NCBI GenBank assembly: GCA_013696805.1
Contig: JACCXX010000087.1
Span: 1 to 40,927, forward strand
Source: Actinomycetota bacterium
Lineage (GTDB): Bacteria; Actinomycetota; Thermoleophilia; Gaiellales; Gaiellaceae
Reading direction: 5' to 3'
DNA length: 40,927 bases
Shown one piece after another: positions 25,370 to 35,245 of the stretch. Under the pieces are notes generated by a model that ran no database searches, was not told the DNA's origin, and was given only the letters and a program-made list of their open reading frames with translations. Position numbers and translations under genes: made by a program. Within the stretch, counting starts at the first letter, position 1; each line of letters starts with the position of its first letter.

Positions 25370-27943
25370 CTACTCGTACTGCAGGGCCTGCAGGACGTTC
25401 AGCCGGGCGGCCCGTCGGGCCGGCATGATCGCCGCGACCAGGCCGACGAGCACGGCAATCAGTGCGAAGATCAGGAGCGGCGCGAGCGGGACCGCATACC
25501 GGACTTCATACTGCTCGAGCGCGCGCGTCACCATTGCCGCCAGGAACATTCCCAGCGGGAGCCCTAGAGCCGCTCCGATCAAAGCAGTGATGACGGACTC
25601 GCTGCCGATCATCACACGAGCCTGCCAGCGGGTCATTCCAACCGCTCGCAGCATGCCGAGCTCACGCGTCCGCTCGAAGACCGCCAGAGCGAGCGTGTTG
25701 ATCATCCCGAAGATGCTGATGATCACCGAGAGCGCCAGGAGCACGTAGAGCATGATCAGGAACTGGTTGAACTCCTTGTCCTGCTTCTGAATCCAGGACT
25801 CGCGGGTCAACACCTTGGCGTCCGGGAAGCTCGCGAGCGCCGCTGCGAGCGGTTTCTCCCTCGCCGCATCAGGGTCGCCCGGCACATTGATGAACGTGAA
25901 CTGATTCCGCGGCCGGTCGTAGAGCGTGTCGAACCTCTCCTTGGAGATGCTGACCGACCCGAGCAGGGGATAGAACGGAGGCGGCTTGTAGAGACCCTTC
26001 ACCGTCAGGTTTGCCGCGCGGCCGGAGCCGGAGAGCAGCTCGAACCGGTCGCCTACGGCGAGCTTCTCGTCCTCGGCGAAGCCCTTGTCGAGGATGGCTC
26101 CGTCCGAGCCGAGGGTCGCGAGGGTGTCATCGGATCCCTCGGCCCAGTCGAAGTTGTAAACCGACCTGATCTTGTCGGGCTCGATTCCGGTGACGTACTT
26201 GTCGGTTCCGGCAACCTTGCCCAGCTCCGAACGGACGCTCGTCGCGAGCTCGACGCCGGCTACGCCCGAAGCGGCCTCACCAGCACCTGCCACGAACGGC
26301 GTGTAGCCATCCTGAGAGGTGACGACGAAGTCGGCGCTGATCTGATCCTCGATCGCACCCCGGTTCGACTCTTTCATCCCGTTCGCGAGCACGGAAACGA
26401 AGGTCACGAGCGCGAGGCCGATCATGAGTGCAGCGGCAGTCGAGGCGGTGCGACCGGGGTTCCGCAGCGTGTTCCGCCGCGCGAGGAAGCCGGACACTCC
26501 GGCCAGCTTTTCGCCGGGCACGCCGACGACTGCGGCGAGAGGCCGAACGAGCTTCGGCGAGATCATCGCGACCCCGATGAAAAGCAGCAATACGCCCAGG
26601 GCCATCGTCAGCAACCGGTCGCCGATGTCGAGCTCGTCGGTGAACATCGATCGAGCGAGCAGGAGAAGCGAAATCACGATCAGCGCGCCGGCGACATAGG
26701 GCGAGAAACGTGAGAAGCGGCCCTTAGGCAGCTCGGCGCCCTCCCGGACGGCGAGGATCGGCGGGATGCGGGTGGCCCGCATCGAAGGCACGAAGGCGGC
26801 CAGGACCGTGATCACGATTCCGATCAGGAAGGCAACGACCACTGTGCGGGTGGCGATGATCATGTCCGTGGTCGGCAGGTCGAGGTTCAGCACGCCGAAC
26901 AGCCAGTCCAGCCCGTAAGCGAGACCGATCCCGAGAGCGAACCCGATCACCGACGCGACGACGCCGATCACGAGCGCTTCGAGCAGCACGGCGCGGCGGA
27001 TCTGCCCGCGCGACGCGCCGATCGTCCGGAGCGTCGCCAGCTCACGCGTTCGTTGAGCAACGGTGATGGACATGGTGTTGAAGATCACGAACGCACCGAC
27101 GAAGAGGGCAACACCGCCGAACGCGAGCAAGAAGTAACGGATGAAGCTCGTGAACTCGGAGATCTCGGAGGCATCGTCCTCGGCCTGCTCGAGGCCGGTG
27201 CGTACCTGAGCGGTCGAGGGCAGGATTGGCTCGATCGTCGAGACCAGCTGCTCCGGGGTCACTCCATCGGCGGCCGCGACGGAGATCGCGTCGAACTGGC
27301 CCTCGCGCTCGAGCAGCTCCTGCGCCGTCGGAATCGTGAACACGGCGAACGTTGCGGACCCGAGCGAGCTGACACTTCCGTACTGCGCGATGCCGGTGAC
27401 GCGGAACGGCCGAACCGGCTTGAGCGTGCCGATGCGCACGGTGTCGCCAACGCCGTACTTCTGCTCGTCCGCCGTGCCCGCATCGATCACGACCTCGTCA
27501 GCGGCAGATGGCCAGGTTCCGTCAACGAGCTTCAGTGGGTTGAACTGCGACTGCGCGGGGTCGAGCCCGAACCCGAACGAAGGCGCGCCATTCGTATTGA
27601 TCGCCTTGCCGTTCGGCTTGAGGATCTTGGTAGCAGTCTCGTCGATCACGGTGCCTGTCGCCGCCTCGACTCCGTCGAGCTCACGCACGCGCTCGAGGAG
27701 TGTGGCCGACACCGCCGGGGTTTCTGCGGTATCACCCTCGAACGAGATATCCGGCGCCTTGCCGCTGATCGCCGCGTCGGTGTTGGCGTAGGACTCGACG
27801 AAAATCGAGTCGAAGGCCTTATCGATCGTGTCGGTCAGGACGAAGGTGCCGCTGACCATGGCCACGCCGAGCACGATCGCGAGCGCGGTCAGCGCGGCGC
27901 GGAACTTGCGGCCCGCGAGACCCTTGAGGGCGACCCGGATCAA
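25370..27943 (-). CDS. ABC transporter permease with two FtsX/MacB-type domains (857 aa)
   Basis: Two repeats of a large extracytoplasmic loop plus a 3-4 TM FtsX block (…[18 protein letters not shown]… and …[17 protein letters not shown]…). Confidence 0.9.
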   Translation of the reverse strand: MIRVALKGLAGRKFRAALTALAIVLGVAMVSGTFVLTDTIDKAFDSIFVESYANTDAAISGKAPDISFEGDTAETPAVSATLLERVRELDGVEAATGTVIDETATKILKPNGKAINTNGAPSFGFGLDPAQSQFNPLKLVDGTWPSAADEVVIDAGTADEQKYGVGDTVRIGTLKPVRPFRVTGIAQYGSVSSLGSATFAVFTIPTAQELLEREGQFDAISVAAADGVTPEQLVSTIEPILPSTAQVRTGLEQAEDDASEISEFTSFIRYFLLAFGGVALFVGAFVIFNTMSITVAQRTRELATLRTIGASRGQIRRAVLLEALVIGVVASVIGFALGIGLAYGLDWLFGVLNLDLPTTDMIIATRTVVVAFLIGIVITVLAAFVPSMRATRIPPILAVREGAELPKGRFSRFSPYVAGALIVISLLLLARSMFTDELDIGDRLLTMALGVLLLFIGVAMISPKLVRPLAAVVGVPGEKLAGVSGFLARRNTLRNPGRTASTAAALMIGLALVTFVSVLANGMKESNRGAIEDQISADFVVTSQDGYTPFVAGAGEAASGVAGVELATSVRSELGKVAGTDKYVTGIEPDKIRSVYNFDWAEGSDDTLATLGSDGAILDKGFAEDEKLAVGDRFELLSGSGRAANLTVKGLYKPPPFYPLLGSVSISKERFDTLYDRPRNQFTFINVPGDPDAAREKPLAAALASFPDAKVLTRESWIQKQDKEFNQFLIMLYVLLALSVIISIFGMINTLALAVFERTRELGMLRAVGMTRWQARVMIGSESVITALIGAALGLPLGMFLAAMVTRALEQYEVRYAVPLAPLLIFALIAVLVGLVAAIMPARRAARLNVLQALQYE

Positions 27944-28698
27944 GCGAGCGTTACTTCGTGGATCGTGTTGAGGATCTCCTCCTCGCCGGCCCCACCGAGA
28001 TCCTTGACGATCCGGCCGTCCGCCAGGAAGAGAATCCGGGCGGCGGCGGCGGCGGCGCGTGCTTCGTGCGTGACCATCACCATCGACTGGCCGTAGTTCT
28101 CGACGGACTCCTGAAGGAGCTCGAGGATCTCGCCCCCGGTCTTGGAGTCGAGGTTGCCGGTCGGCTCATCGGCGAAGACGACGGTCGGTCGCGAAACGAG
28201 CGCTCGCGCGATTGCGACGCGCTGCTGCTGGCCGCCGGAGAGCTCGGACGGGCGGTGCGTCAGGCGGTCGGCGAGTCCAACACGCTTGATGAGATCGCCC
28301 AAAAAAGCGTTGTCCGGCTTTTCGCCGGCCAGCGAGAGTGGCAGGACGATGTTCTCCTCGGCGGTCAGCATCGGTAGGAGATTGAAGAACTGAAAGATGA
28401 AGCCGATGTGCTGCCGGCGGATCTTTGTCACGTCCTTGTCGCTCAGCTGACCGAGCCTGGTACCGGCGATCGTTACGTAGCCCGAAGTCGGGCTGTCCAG
28501 TGCCGCAAGGATGTGCATGAGCGTCGACTTGCCCGAGCCCGACGGGCCCATGACAGCGGTGAGCTTCCCGGGCTCGATGTCCAAGGAGAGCCCTGCGAGG
28601 GCGTCGACCGCCGTATCGCCCTCACCGTAGCGCCGCGAGATCTCGTGCGCGGTCACGACCGGCCCGGCCCCGTTTCCTGCAGGCTCTGACTTCACCAC
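27940..28698 (-). CDS. ABC transporter ATP-binding protein (MacB/LolD-type)
   Basis: Walker [10 protein letters not shown], signature [15 protein letters not shown], Walker [13 protein letters not shown]. Overlaps the permease start by 4 nt. Confidence 0.9.
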   Translation of the reverse strand: MVKSEPAGNGAGPVVTAHEISRRYGEGDTAVDALAGLSLDIEPGKLTAVMGPSGSGKSTLMHILAALDSPTSGYVTIAGTRLGQLSDKDVTKIRRQHIGFIFQFFNLLPMLTAEENIVLPLSLAGEKPDNAFLGDLIKRVGLADRLTHRPSELSGGQQQRVAIARALVSRPTVVFADEPTGNLDSKTGGEILELLQESVENYGQSMVMVTHEARAAAAAARILFLADGRIVKDLGGAGEEEILNTIHEVTLA

Positions 28699-28737
28699 CG
28701 ACTCCTCTTTGTTAGCGGCAACTAATGCGGCGCGAAC

Positions 28738-29571
28738 CTAGTTGAAACTGTCGGCTCGTGCAAGTTGGCTCCGCGCAGTCTTCAGCGCCAGCCGCGCCCC
28801 GACTGCGAGCTTGCTCGGTTCGAGGCGGTGCGCGCGGTCGCAGGACTCGTGCCAGCAGCTGTCCCAGCGCCACTGGATCCAGGCGGCGGGAATACCCGCC
28901 CGCGTCAGCTCGGCGTGATCGGACTGCCCCGTGTCCTGCCGGCAGCTGGCAGGGAAGCCCAAGCTGCGTGCCCGAGCGAGAGCAAGGCGCGCGGAGCGGT
29001 TGGGCAAGCCCTCGAGGCCGCGCACGTTGAGCGTCGGCCCGACACCGACCATGTCGAGGGACAGCGCGAGGCGAACCGAGCGGCGATCGGCCGGCCCGAG
29101 GCCCCGGACGAGGCGGGCGGAGCCGAGATGAACGCTCGAGCCGGTCTCCACGCGCTCCTCGGCACCGAGGGCGGCGACTAGCAACCCCTCGCGCCCGGCC
29201 AGCTCGCGCGCGACTTCCAGCATCGCTGCGACCCCGGATCCGTTGTCGTTCGCGGCGGGGCCTGCCGACACTCCGTCGAGATGCGCGACGACGATCGCCC
29301 GCAACGGGCCGGGGGTACCGACGATGTTGCGCGACTGGCCTCCACGGGGCAGCGAGAAAGGCTGCACCCGGACGCGATAGCCGAGAGCCCGTAGCTCGCG
29401 CTCGATCATGCGGCCGGCCCGGCGCTCGTTCACGGAGCCCGCAGGCCTCGGCCCGAGCGCCGCGAGTCGAATGGCGAATGCCTTGGCGCGCAGGCCCGAG
29501 ACCTGCCCGCGGCCGGATGCTGCCGGAACGCCTAGCGCGAAGAGGAGCGCGACGAGGACGAGGCGGCGCAC
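28738..29571 (-). CDS. M28-family secreted aminopeptidase
   Basis: Signal peptide MRRLVLVALLFALGVPAASG. VVAHLDGVSAGPAANDNGSGVAAMLEVAREL is the M28 zinc-ligand block. Confidence 0.8.
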   Translation of the reverse strand: MRRLVLVALLFALGVPAASGRGQVSGLRAKAFAIRLAALGPRPAGSVNERRAGRMIERELRALGYRVRVQPFSLPRGGQSRNIVGTPGPLRAIVVAHLDGVSAGPAANDNGSGVAAMLEVARELAGREGLLVAALGAEERVETGSSVHLGSARLVRGLGPADRRSVRLALSLDMVGVGPTLNVRGLEGLPNRSARLALARARSLGFPASCRQDTGQSDHAELTRAGIPAAWIQWRWDSCWHESCDRAHRLEPSKLAVGARLALKTARSQLARADSFN

Positions 29572-29584
29572 GCCGCCAAACTAT

Positions 29585-29929
29585 CTACGCCGCCAAGGTC
29601 AGTTGGTCGCCCACGGAAAGGCCCCGGCGGGCGGCTTCGCCGGCAGGAAGTTCCAGCGCCGACTTCGCTCCACGGCGACCTGCGGCGCGCCAGGGCTCGA
29701 GCAGGTCGGCAATGCCGACGACGACGAGCCCGCGGTCGAGAAACACCACGTCGATCGGAAAGCGCATGAACCAGGTGTGGACAGACGAGGCGGGCCGGAG
29801 CAGGAGCCCTTCGCCCGGCTCCAGCCCGTCTCGTCCGAGCAACCCCTTCATGCGGGTGAACGGGGAGTCCGCGACGCAAGTGCGCTCGCAGACGACAGCC
29901 CCGTCCACCCGCATGAGAAGTTGCTCCAC
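29585..29929 (-). CDS. DUF192 domain protein
   Basis: VADSPFTRMKGLLGRD...GEGLLLRPASSVHTWFMRFPIDVVFLD is the DUF192/COG1430 signature. Confidence 0.8.
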   Translation of the reverse strand: MEQLLMRVDGAVVCERTCVADSPFTRMKGLLGRDGLEPGEGLLLRPASSVHTWFMRFPIDVVFLDRGLVVVGIADLLEPWRAAGRRGAKSALELPAGEAARRGLSVGDQLTLAA

Positions 29930-29934
29930 GTGGC

Positions 29935-31413
29935 CTAGTACCCCACGTGGATGTGATCGTCGTGGTTGCCCATCGGGAACGACGGTCCGCCCATGCCGAG
30001 CAGCGAGATGACCTGCCGCGGCTGGAGCTCCGCGGGGAGCAGGAGGATGTTACGAACACCTTCCTCGGTCCTGCCGCCGGGGGCTGAGTTGCCCATGATC
30101 GACAACCCGCCGAGTGCGGCGACGTCGACGGCGAGCCCGTACGAGTGCGCCGAGATGACGCCGGGACGCGAGTAGAGGCGATGGCCCGTCGTCAGGCTCG
30201 AGAGCGTCACCGTGCCGTGCGCCTCGGCGAGGTAGCGGACCAGGACGAGGATGCGGATGTCGGTGCGGCCGGTCTGGATGTCAACCTGGCCACCCGGGTA
30301 GATGGAGATCCGTGCGTCCTGGAGTATGCGCTGTGCGATCCGCGGCTTGGCCCATTCGAGGCCCTTGACGAGCGCCCGGAGCCCGACTGCGCGGTTGTAG
30401 CGCTGCAGCGCGATTGCGCGGTCCGCGAACGACGTCCGACCCTCGAGTGCGAGCGCGGCAGACCACGGATTGCGCCGAGCGCCGAGCTTCGCGAGCCGGT
30501 TGCTGAGCGTGCGCAGCCGGGCCGGAGAGGCGGGGACTGAACCACGCTCGCCGCTTGCGCGGAGAACGCCCAGGACGAGCGCCCAATCGACACTCGCTCC
30601 CGCTGACGCGCGAGAGAGCTGCCGTGCGAAGGACGGCTTGAGCCGCCTCGAAGGGGGGGTCGGATCGGGCAGCGTCCGGTTGAGCCAGATCGTTGCGGAA
30701 ACGCCCGGCTCGTCGACCTCAGGGTCGCGTTCGGACAACTCGCGAACGGCGAGCGGACGCGGTGCGAGCACCGGCGGCGCCGAGCGGCGGAACGCGTTCT
30801 GGCGGATTACCCACTTGCTGGGCTGCTTCTTCCGCGCGATGAACGTGCCGTCCTTCGGGGCCAAGGTGGCCTCTTTCGACCCGGCCGGCGCAGCTGCTGC
30901 CCGCCACGCGTTGCCGTCACTTCCTGGATTGGACACGGAACTGTCGGCCGAAAGGACAGGCGTTGCCTCGACAGGCAAATCGAACGCCTCGGCGGGCGAG
31001 GCTTCAGCGGCGGGTGCCTCCTCGGCGTCGTCCGTCGGACCGCCTACGCGACGGCCGGCTTCCGAGTCTGCAGCGGGGTCCTCTTCCGTCGAGGTCGTGG
31101 CCGACTCGGGCGCCAGGACGGCACTCTCGTCGCCCGGCTCGAGGAGCTGGGTGACCGTGTTGCCGGCGCCGGCCGAGAAGGCAGCACCCGCGAAGAAGAG
31201 CGTTGCGAACGCGAGGGTTGCAGCGAGACGGCGCGGGGCGATTCGATTCTTGCGGCGTCGAGCGGGCATCACGCCCAGCACGCCCAGGGCGGCCGCGAGT
31301 AGCAGACGGCTCTTGGTGGTTCTGAACAGATGTCTCCCTTGTGGCATTTCCTTGGCTCCAGTTGGTTGGGCGCCGCTCGTTGGCGCGGATCTCATGAACA
31401 TCCGCAGCCGCAA
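29935..31413 (-). CDS. secreted protein with C-terminal LAS-type (M15-like) zinc metallopeptidase domain
   Basis: C-terminal ISAHSYGLAVDV (SxHxxGxAxD) and HDDHIHVGY. Low-complexity Ala/Glu/Pro linker and N-terminal hydrophobic segments. ATG at 31347 has the better RBS (GGAGCCAAGGAA). Confidence 0.7.
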   Translation of the reverse strand: MRLRMFMRSAPTSGAQPTGAKEMPQGRHLFRTTKSRLLLAAALGVLGVMPARRRKNRIAPRRLAATLAFATLFFAGAAFSAGAGNTVTQLLEPGDESAVLAPESATTSTEEDPAADSEAGRRVGGPTDDAEEAPAAEASPAEAFDLPVEATPVLSADSSVSNPGSDGNAWRAAAAPAGSKEATLAPKDGTFIARKKQPSKWVIRQNAFRRSAPPVLAPRPLAVRELSERDPEVDEPGVSATIWLNRTLPDPTPPSRRLKPSFARQLSRASAGASVDWALVLGVLRASGERGSVPASPARLRTLSNRLAKLGARRNPWSAALALEGRTSFADRAIALQRYNRAVGLRALVKGLEWAKPRIAQRILQDARISIYPGGQVDIQTGRTDIRILVLVRYLAEAHGTVTLSSLTTGHRLYSRPGVISAHSYGLAVDVAALGGLSIMGNSAPGGRTEEGVRNILLLPAELQPRQVISLLGMGGPSFPMGNHDDHIHVGY

Positions 31414-31690
31414 CGGATACGCCTCCCGTATCGGCGCGGGGTGTGAGCGTCGTTCTCACTCGATCTAGGGAACTGCTACGGGAATCACCAAAGTGAGGGA
31501 TTCGGGGCCGCCGGCTGCGGGGCGATGTTGGGTTGCGACAGAGCCAACAGGCGGCGCGGCCAACGCCGAGATGTAGCACGGAGGTTTCTCCGGCGTGACC
31601 CGACAAATCACTCCGCTTTTCAACGGCTCGAACCCGCAGTACATAAGTCCGTTTTTGACGTCTCGCAATCATCGAAGGGAGGTGAAACAG
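31414..31690. promoter_or_regulatory. divergent control region between the LAS-peptidase array and the flp/tad operon
   Basis: A 277-nt gap between divergently oriented first genes must hold both promoters. GC drops locally at ~31620-31680. I could not assign -35/-10 boxes confidently. Confidence 0.4.
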
Positions 31691-31864
31691 GTGTTGAAGA
31701 TTTTCAACTTTTTCGCTTCTCTGCGTAACCGCGAGGAGGGGCAGACGATGGCGGAGTACGGCGTCGTGCTGGCAGTGATCACGATCGCCGTCTTTGCTGC
31801 GCTCACCCTTCTCTCCGGAAACATCAGCGACGCGTTGACCAGGGTCGCCGGGTACATCACCTAG
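31691..31864 (+). CDS. flp: Flp-family type IVb pilin
   Basis: GTG at 31691 follows a GGGAGGTG RBS. Prepilin motif EEG|QTMAEYGVVLAVITIAVFAAL (G/xxxxEY Flp motif). 57 aa. Confidence 0.9.
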   Translation: MLKIFNFFASLRNREEGQTMAEYGVVLAVITIAVFAALTLLSGNISDALTRVAGYIT

Positions 31865-31875
31865 CCCTCAAGGAA

Positions 31876-31905
31876 GGCGGGCCCTTCTCATTTGAAGGGC
31901 CCGCC
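31876..31905 (+). terminator. intrinsic terminator/attenuator immediately after flp
   Basis: Perfect 12-bp stem GGCGGGCCCTTC (31876-31887) / GAAGGGCCCGCC (31894-31905) with loop tcattt, followed by the pyrimidine-rich TCCTCTCTTCG. Confidence 0.65.
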
Positions 31906-31968
31906 TCCTCTCTTCGAACGTTCTCACCGCAGTGAACACCAGCTCTCGACCGCACTAACTCGAATCAA

Positions 31969-32361
31969 ATGCCAAAGAGATTTTCCTTCAAAAACCAGCA
32001 AGGCCAGTCCATGACGGAGTTCGCTCTCGTCCTTCCGATCCTCGCCATGCTCCTCTTCGGCGTGATCCAGTTCGGGATCGTCTTCAACAACTACCTCCAG
32101 CTGACCGATGCAGTTCGCGCAGGCTCGCGCAAGGGCGCCGTCGGCCGTCACCTGCAGAACCCCCGGGCCGCGGCTATCCAGACGGTTCGAGACGCCTCGA
32201 CCAGCCTCAAGCAGTCCGACCTGGACGTCTCAGTCACCTCGTCCTTCCTGCAGGGAGCGGACGTCTCTGTGACTGCCTCCTATCCCTACTCGATCAATCT
32301 GCTCGGAGTCGTCGTCAAGTCCGGGCGCATGACGAGCACGACAAAGGAACGTGTGGAATGA
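31969..32361 (+). CDS. tadE: TadE-family pseudopilin
   Basis: QQGQSMTEFALVLPILAMLLFGVIQFGIVF is the TadE-like N-terminal domain with a prepilin-type G|QSMTE site. Confidence 0.85.
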   Translation: MPKRFSFKNQQGQSMTEFALVLPILAMLLFGVIQFGIVFNNYLQLTDAVRAGSRKGAVGRHLQNPRAAAIQTVRDASTSLKQSDLDVSVTSSFLQGADVSVTASYPYSINLLGVVVKSGRMTSTTKERVE

Positions 32362-33260
32362 AACGCTTCCCAAACCAGTCTGGCCAGTCCATGGTCATCA
32401 CCTTCGTCTTCTTGGCGGTTCTGATCGCGATCGCCGGTGCCGTCATCGATGTCGGCTCTTGGTACCGGGCTCATCGCCAGATGCAGGCGACCGCCGATGC
32501 ATCCGCACTTGCCGGCGTGCAGGAGCTCCCCGCGTCGACCAGCGCCGCCCTTGCGCAGGCCCTCGACTACGCCGACCGAAACGACGGCGGCGTGCAGTCG
32601 CAGGACGTCGAGTTCTCGGGCACGACCGCCCCGAACGACACCATTAAGGTGACTGCGCGAATGGCCGCGCCCGGAGTCTTCACCAGGCTCTTCGGCATCG
32701 ACTCCGTGACGGCGCGCGCAGCCGCCAAGGCGCGCACGGGCACACTCGGCTCCGCGAGGTGGGCGGCCCCGATCGGTGTCGACGAACGACATCCCGATCT
32801 CCAGTGCCAGCCGACTCCGTGCTTCGGCAACCCGTCGACGCTCGATCTCAACAAAGTCGGCCCGGGCTCGTTCAAGATCCTCAACATCGACGGCTCCCGC
32901 GGAGGCACGTCATCGGCCACGCTCGGAGTGTGGATCGACAGGGGCCTCGACGCGTACATGCCGTTGCAGTGGTACTGGGGCGAGCCAGGCTCGAGCTTCA
33001 ACTCCTCACACGTGCGCGACGCGCTCAAGAATCGCATCGGCACTGAGCTTCTGTTTCCAATTTTCCGCGACGTGCGCGGCGGGGGGACGAACTTCCAATA
33101 CGAGGTCGTGGGCTGGGTGGGCTGGCACCTGACCGGCTACAAAATCGGCGGTCGGGGCGTGCTCGAAGGCTGGTTCACCAGCGTGATCTGGGAGGGAATC
33201 GAAAGCGAACCCGCTACCGGTGACGACTTCGGCGCGCGGGCCATCTCACTCGTCGAATAG
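32358..33260 (+). CDS. TadG-like pilus assembly protein (Tad N-terminal domain)
   Basis: SGQSMVITFVFLAVLIAIAGAVIDVGSWYRAHRQMQATADASALAG resembles the TadG-type N-terminal domain. ATGA overlap with the tadE stop. Confidence 0.75.
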   Translation: MKRFPNQSGQSMVITFVFLAVLIAIAGAVIDVGSWYRAHRQMQATADASALAGVQELPASTSAALAQALDYADRNDGGVQSQDVEFSGTTAPNDTIKVTARMAAPGVFTRLFGIDSVTARAAAKARTGTLGSARWAAPIGVDERHPDLQCQPTPCFGNPSTLDLNKVGPGSFKILNIDGSRGGTSSATLGVWIDRGLDAYMPLQWYWGEPGSSFNSSHVRDALKNRIGTELLFPIFRDVRGGGTNFQYEVVGWVGWHLTGYKIGGRGVLEGWFTSVIWEGIESEPATGDDFGARAISLVE

Positions 33261-33287
33261 CACCGAAGGGAGAAAGAGCAAACAGCC

Positions 33288-34055
33288 ATGACTTACAGAG
33301 TTCGCAATATCGGAATTGCAATCGTATTGGCGATCGTCGCGGCCCTCCTCACGACGTTCTACGTCACGAATTACAAGCGGAACGTCCAGCAGGGCGAGGA
33401 CATGGTTCCGGTCTACGTCGCCGCCCAGAACATCGACATCGGCACGCCCGGCTCGGAGCTCTCGAGCCGCAAGCTGCTGAAGGTCGACCACGTCTCCAGG
33501 CGTAGCGTCGTGCCCGGGGCTATCTCAGAGCCCGAGCAGGTCTCGCAGCGGGTCGCCGTCGAGGCGATCTACGCCGGCGAGCAGATCTCGACCAACCGGT
33601 TCCGCGCCGCGGAGGAACAGGGCGTCCGAGCCCAGTTGAAGGGCAACCTCCGGGCGTTTCAGGTTGCCGGCAGCGAAGCCGAGCTCCTCGCCGGGACGTT
33701 GAAGGCGGGCGACCGGGTGGACGTCATCGGGGCATGGGTCTTCCCCGAGAACAGCCAGAATCACGTCAGTCGCGTCGTGCTGCGTGACCTGCTTGTCCTA
33801 CGCCCTCCGGAGACCAATCAGGTTCAGAGCAAGCTCGGAAGCGATCCGAACTCGCCGTTCTCGGCGATGCTCGCGATGACCGACGCTCAGACCCAGAAGT
33901 TCTGGTGGGTCGTGCAGAACGGCAAGTGGTCGCTCCAGTTGCGGCCTGTGACCGACCCTGCCGACACACCGGACAGCTACGAGAACTCAGGCTCGCTGCT
34001 CGCCGACGGCCTTCGCCCTGGTGCACGCCGCCGGCTGAATGGAGCCCGGCGATGA
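33288..34055 (+). CDS. cpaB: Flp pilus assembly protein CpaB/RcpC
   Basis: N-terminal TM anchor (IGIAIVLAIVAALLTTFYV), then a SAF-like domain (VPVYVAAQNIDIGTPG) and the CpaB C-terminal region. Confidence 0.8.
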   Translation: MTYRVRNIGIAIVLAIVAALLTTFYVTNYKRNVQQGEDMVPVYVAAQNIDIGTPGSELSSRKLLKVDHVSRRSVVPGAISEPEQVSQRVAVEAIYAGEQISTNRFRAAEEQGVRAQLKGNLRAFQVAGSEAELLAGTLKAGDRVDVIGAWVFPENSQNHVSRVVLRDLLVLRPPETNQVQSKLGSDPNSPFSAMLAMTDAQTQKFWWVVQNGKWSLQLRPVTDPADTPDSYENSGSLLADGLRPGARRRLNGARR

Positions 34056-35245
34056 CCGTCGAGAGCCAGGCACCCTCACGCGAGAAGTCCCGCGTCTTCA
34101 TCACAGGCGGCTGCGAGGGCTTGAACGAGCTGTCCGAGGCGCTCGCGCGCCACGGCGAGATCGAGCTCGTCGGTCAGAGCGACAGCGTCCGAGAGGGCGG
34201 AGGGCCGCTCTCGGGTGGCCATCTCCAGGTCGTCCTCCACGCCACGCGGTCGTCGGTTCTCCCGGTCGACGAGCTGGCAGCGATCCGCGAGTACACGCGG
34301 GCGCCGATCGTGCTCCTCGCCTCTGGCGAGTCCTCGGCGCTGCTCGAGGATGCTCTCGACGCCGACGTCGCCGACGTCCTCCTGCTTCCGCAGCTGACCG
34401 AGAACGTGGTCTTCGCGGTGCGGAAGGCGGGCCACGCAGGCCGCCGGCAAAGCAAGGGCCGCGGCGGCGACGGCCGAGTCATCACGGTGTTCTCACCCAA
34501 GGGCGGTACCGGAAAGACGGTGACGGCCACGAACCTCGCCACGTCCTTCGCGAAACACGCCGGCAAGCGCACGCTGCTCCTCGACCTCGACCTACAGTTC
34601 GGAGACGCGGCGATCATGCTCGGCATCGAGCCCGAGAAAACGATCCAGGACTTGGTGGTGGCCCCCGGCGAGCTTGATCCCGAGAAGCTGGCCGGCTATA
34701 CGACCCGGCACTCCTCCGGGCTCGACGTGCTCCCCGCGCCGATCCGGCCCGAGGACGCCGAGCTCGTCACCGAGCAGAAGCTCGCTCGCCTCCTCGAGGT
34801 GGCGAAGGAGTCGTACGACGTGATCGTCGTCGACACCTCGCCCTTCTTCCACGGGCCGATGCTGGCGACTCTCGACCGCACGGACGACCTGCTCCTCGTC
34901 TGCGGACTGGACGTGCCGACGATCAAGAACGTCCGGCTCAGCCTGCAGACGCTGCAGCTGCTGTCCTTCCCGAACGAGCGCATCCGCGTCATTCTCAATC
35001 GCGCGAACTCGAACGTCGGCATGAAGCGCGGCGAGGTCGAGGCAGCGCTCGAGGCGAAGATCCGCTTCGAGCTGCCGAGCGACCGGGCCGTGCCTCTCGC
35101 TGTCAACCGCTCGAACCCCGCTGTCCTCTCCGACCCGAAAGCCGACTTCTCGCGTGCGCTGCGCGAGATGGCCAAGACGCTCTTGCCCGCTCAGGTATCG
35201 AAGAACGGCGGCAAGCGCAAGTTCGGCCGAGGAAGCAAGAGCTGA
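34052..35245 (+). CDS. tadZ: TadZ/CpaE ParA/MinD-like ATPase with N-terminal atypical receiver domain
   Basis: ATG at 34052 (ATGA overlap with the cpaB stop). Deviant Walker A VFSPKGGTGKTVTATNLA. The receiver-like N-domain lacks the phospho-Asp. Confidence 0.85.
   Translation: MTVESQAPSREKSRVFITGGCEGLNELSEALARHGEIELVGQSDSVREGGGPLSGGHLQVVLHATRSSVLPVDELAAIREYTRAPIVLLASGESSALLEDALDADVADVLLLPQLTENVVFAVRKAGHAGRRQSKGRGGDGRVITVFSPKGGTGKTVTATNLATSFAKHAGKRTLLLDLDLQFGDAAIMLGIEPEKTIQDLVVAPGELDPEKLAGYTTRHSSGLDVLPAPIRPEDAELVTEQKLARLLEVAKESYDVIVVDTSPFFHGPMLATLDRTDDLLLVCGLDVPTIKNVRLSLQTLQLLSFPNERIRVILNRANSNVGMKRGEVEAALEAKIRFELPSDRAVPLAVNRSNPAVLSDPKADFSRALREMAKTLLPAQVSKNGGKRKFGRGSKS

Noticed and set aside
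31590-31690. Specific -35/-10 promoter assignment upstream of flp (TTGACG at 31655-31660)
   Set aside because: No acceptable -10 hexamer lies at 16-19 nt spacing; that position falls in the RBS. Only the region as a whole is reported as regulatory.
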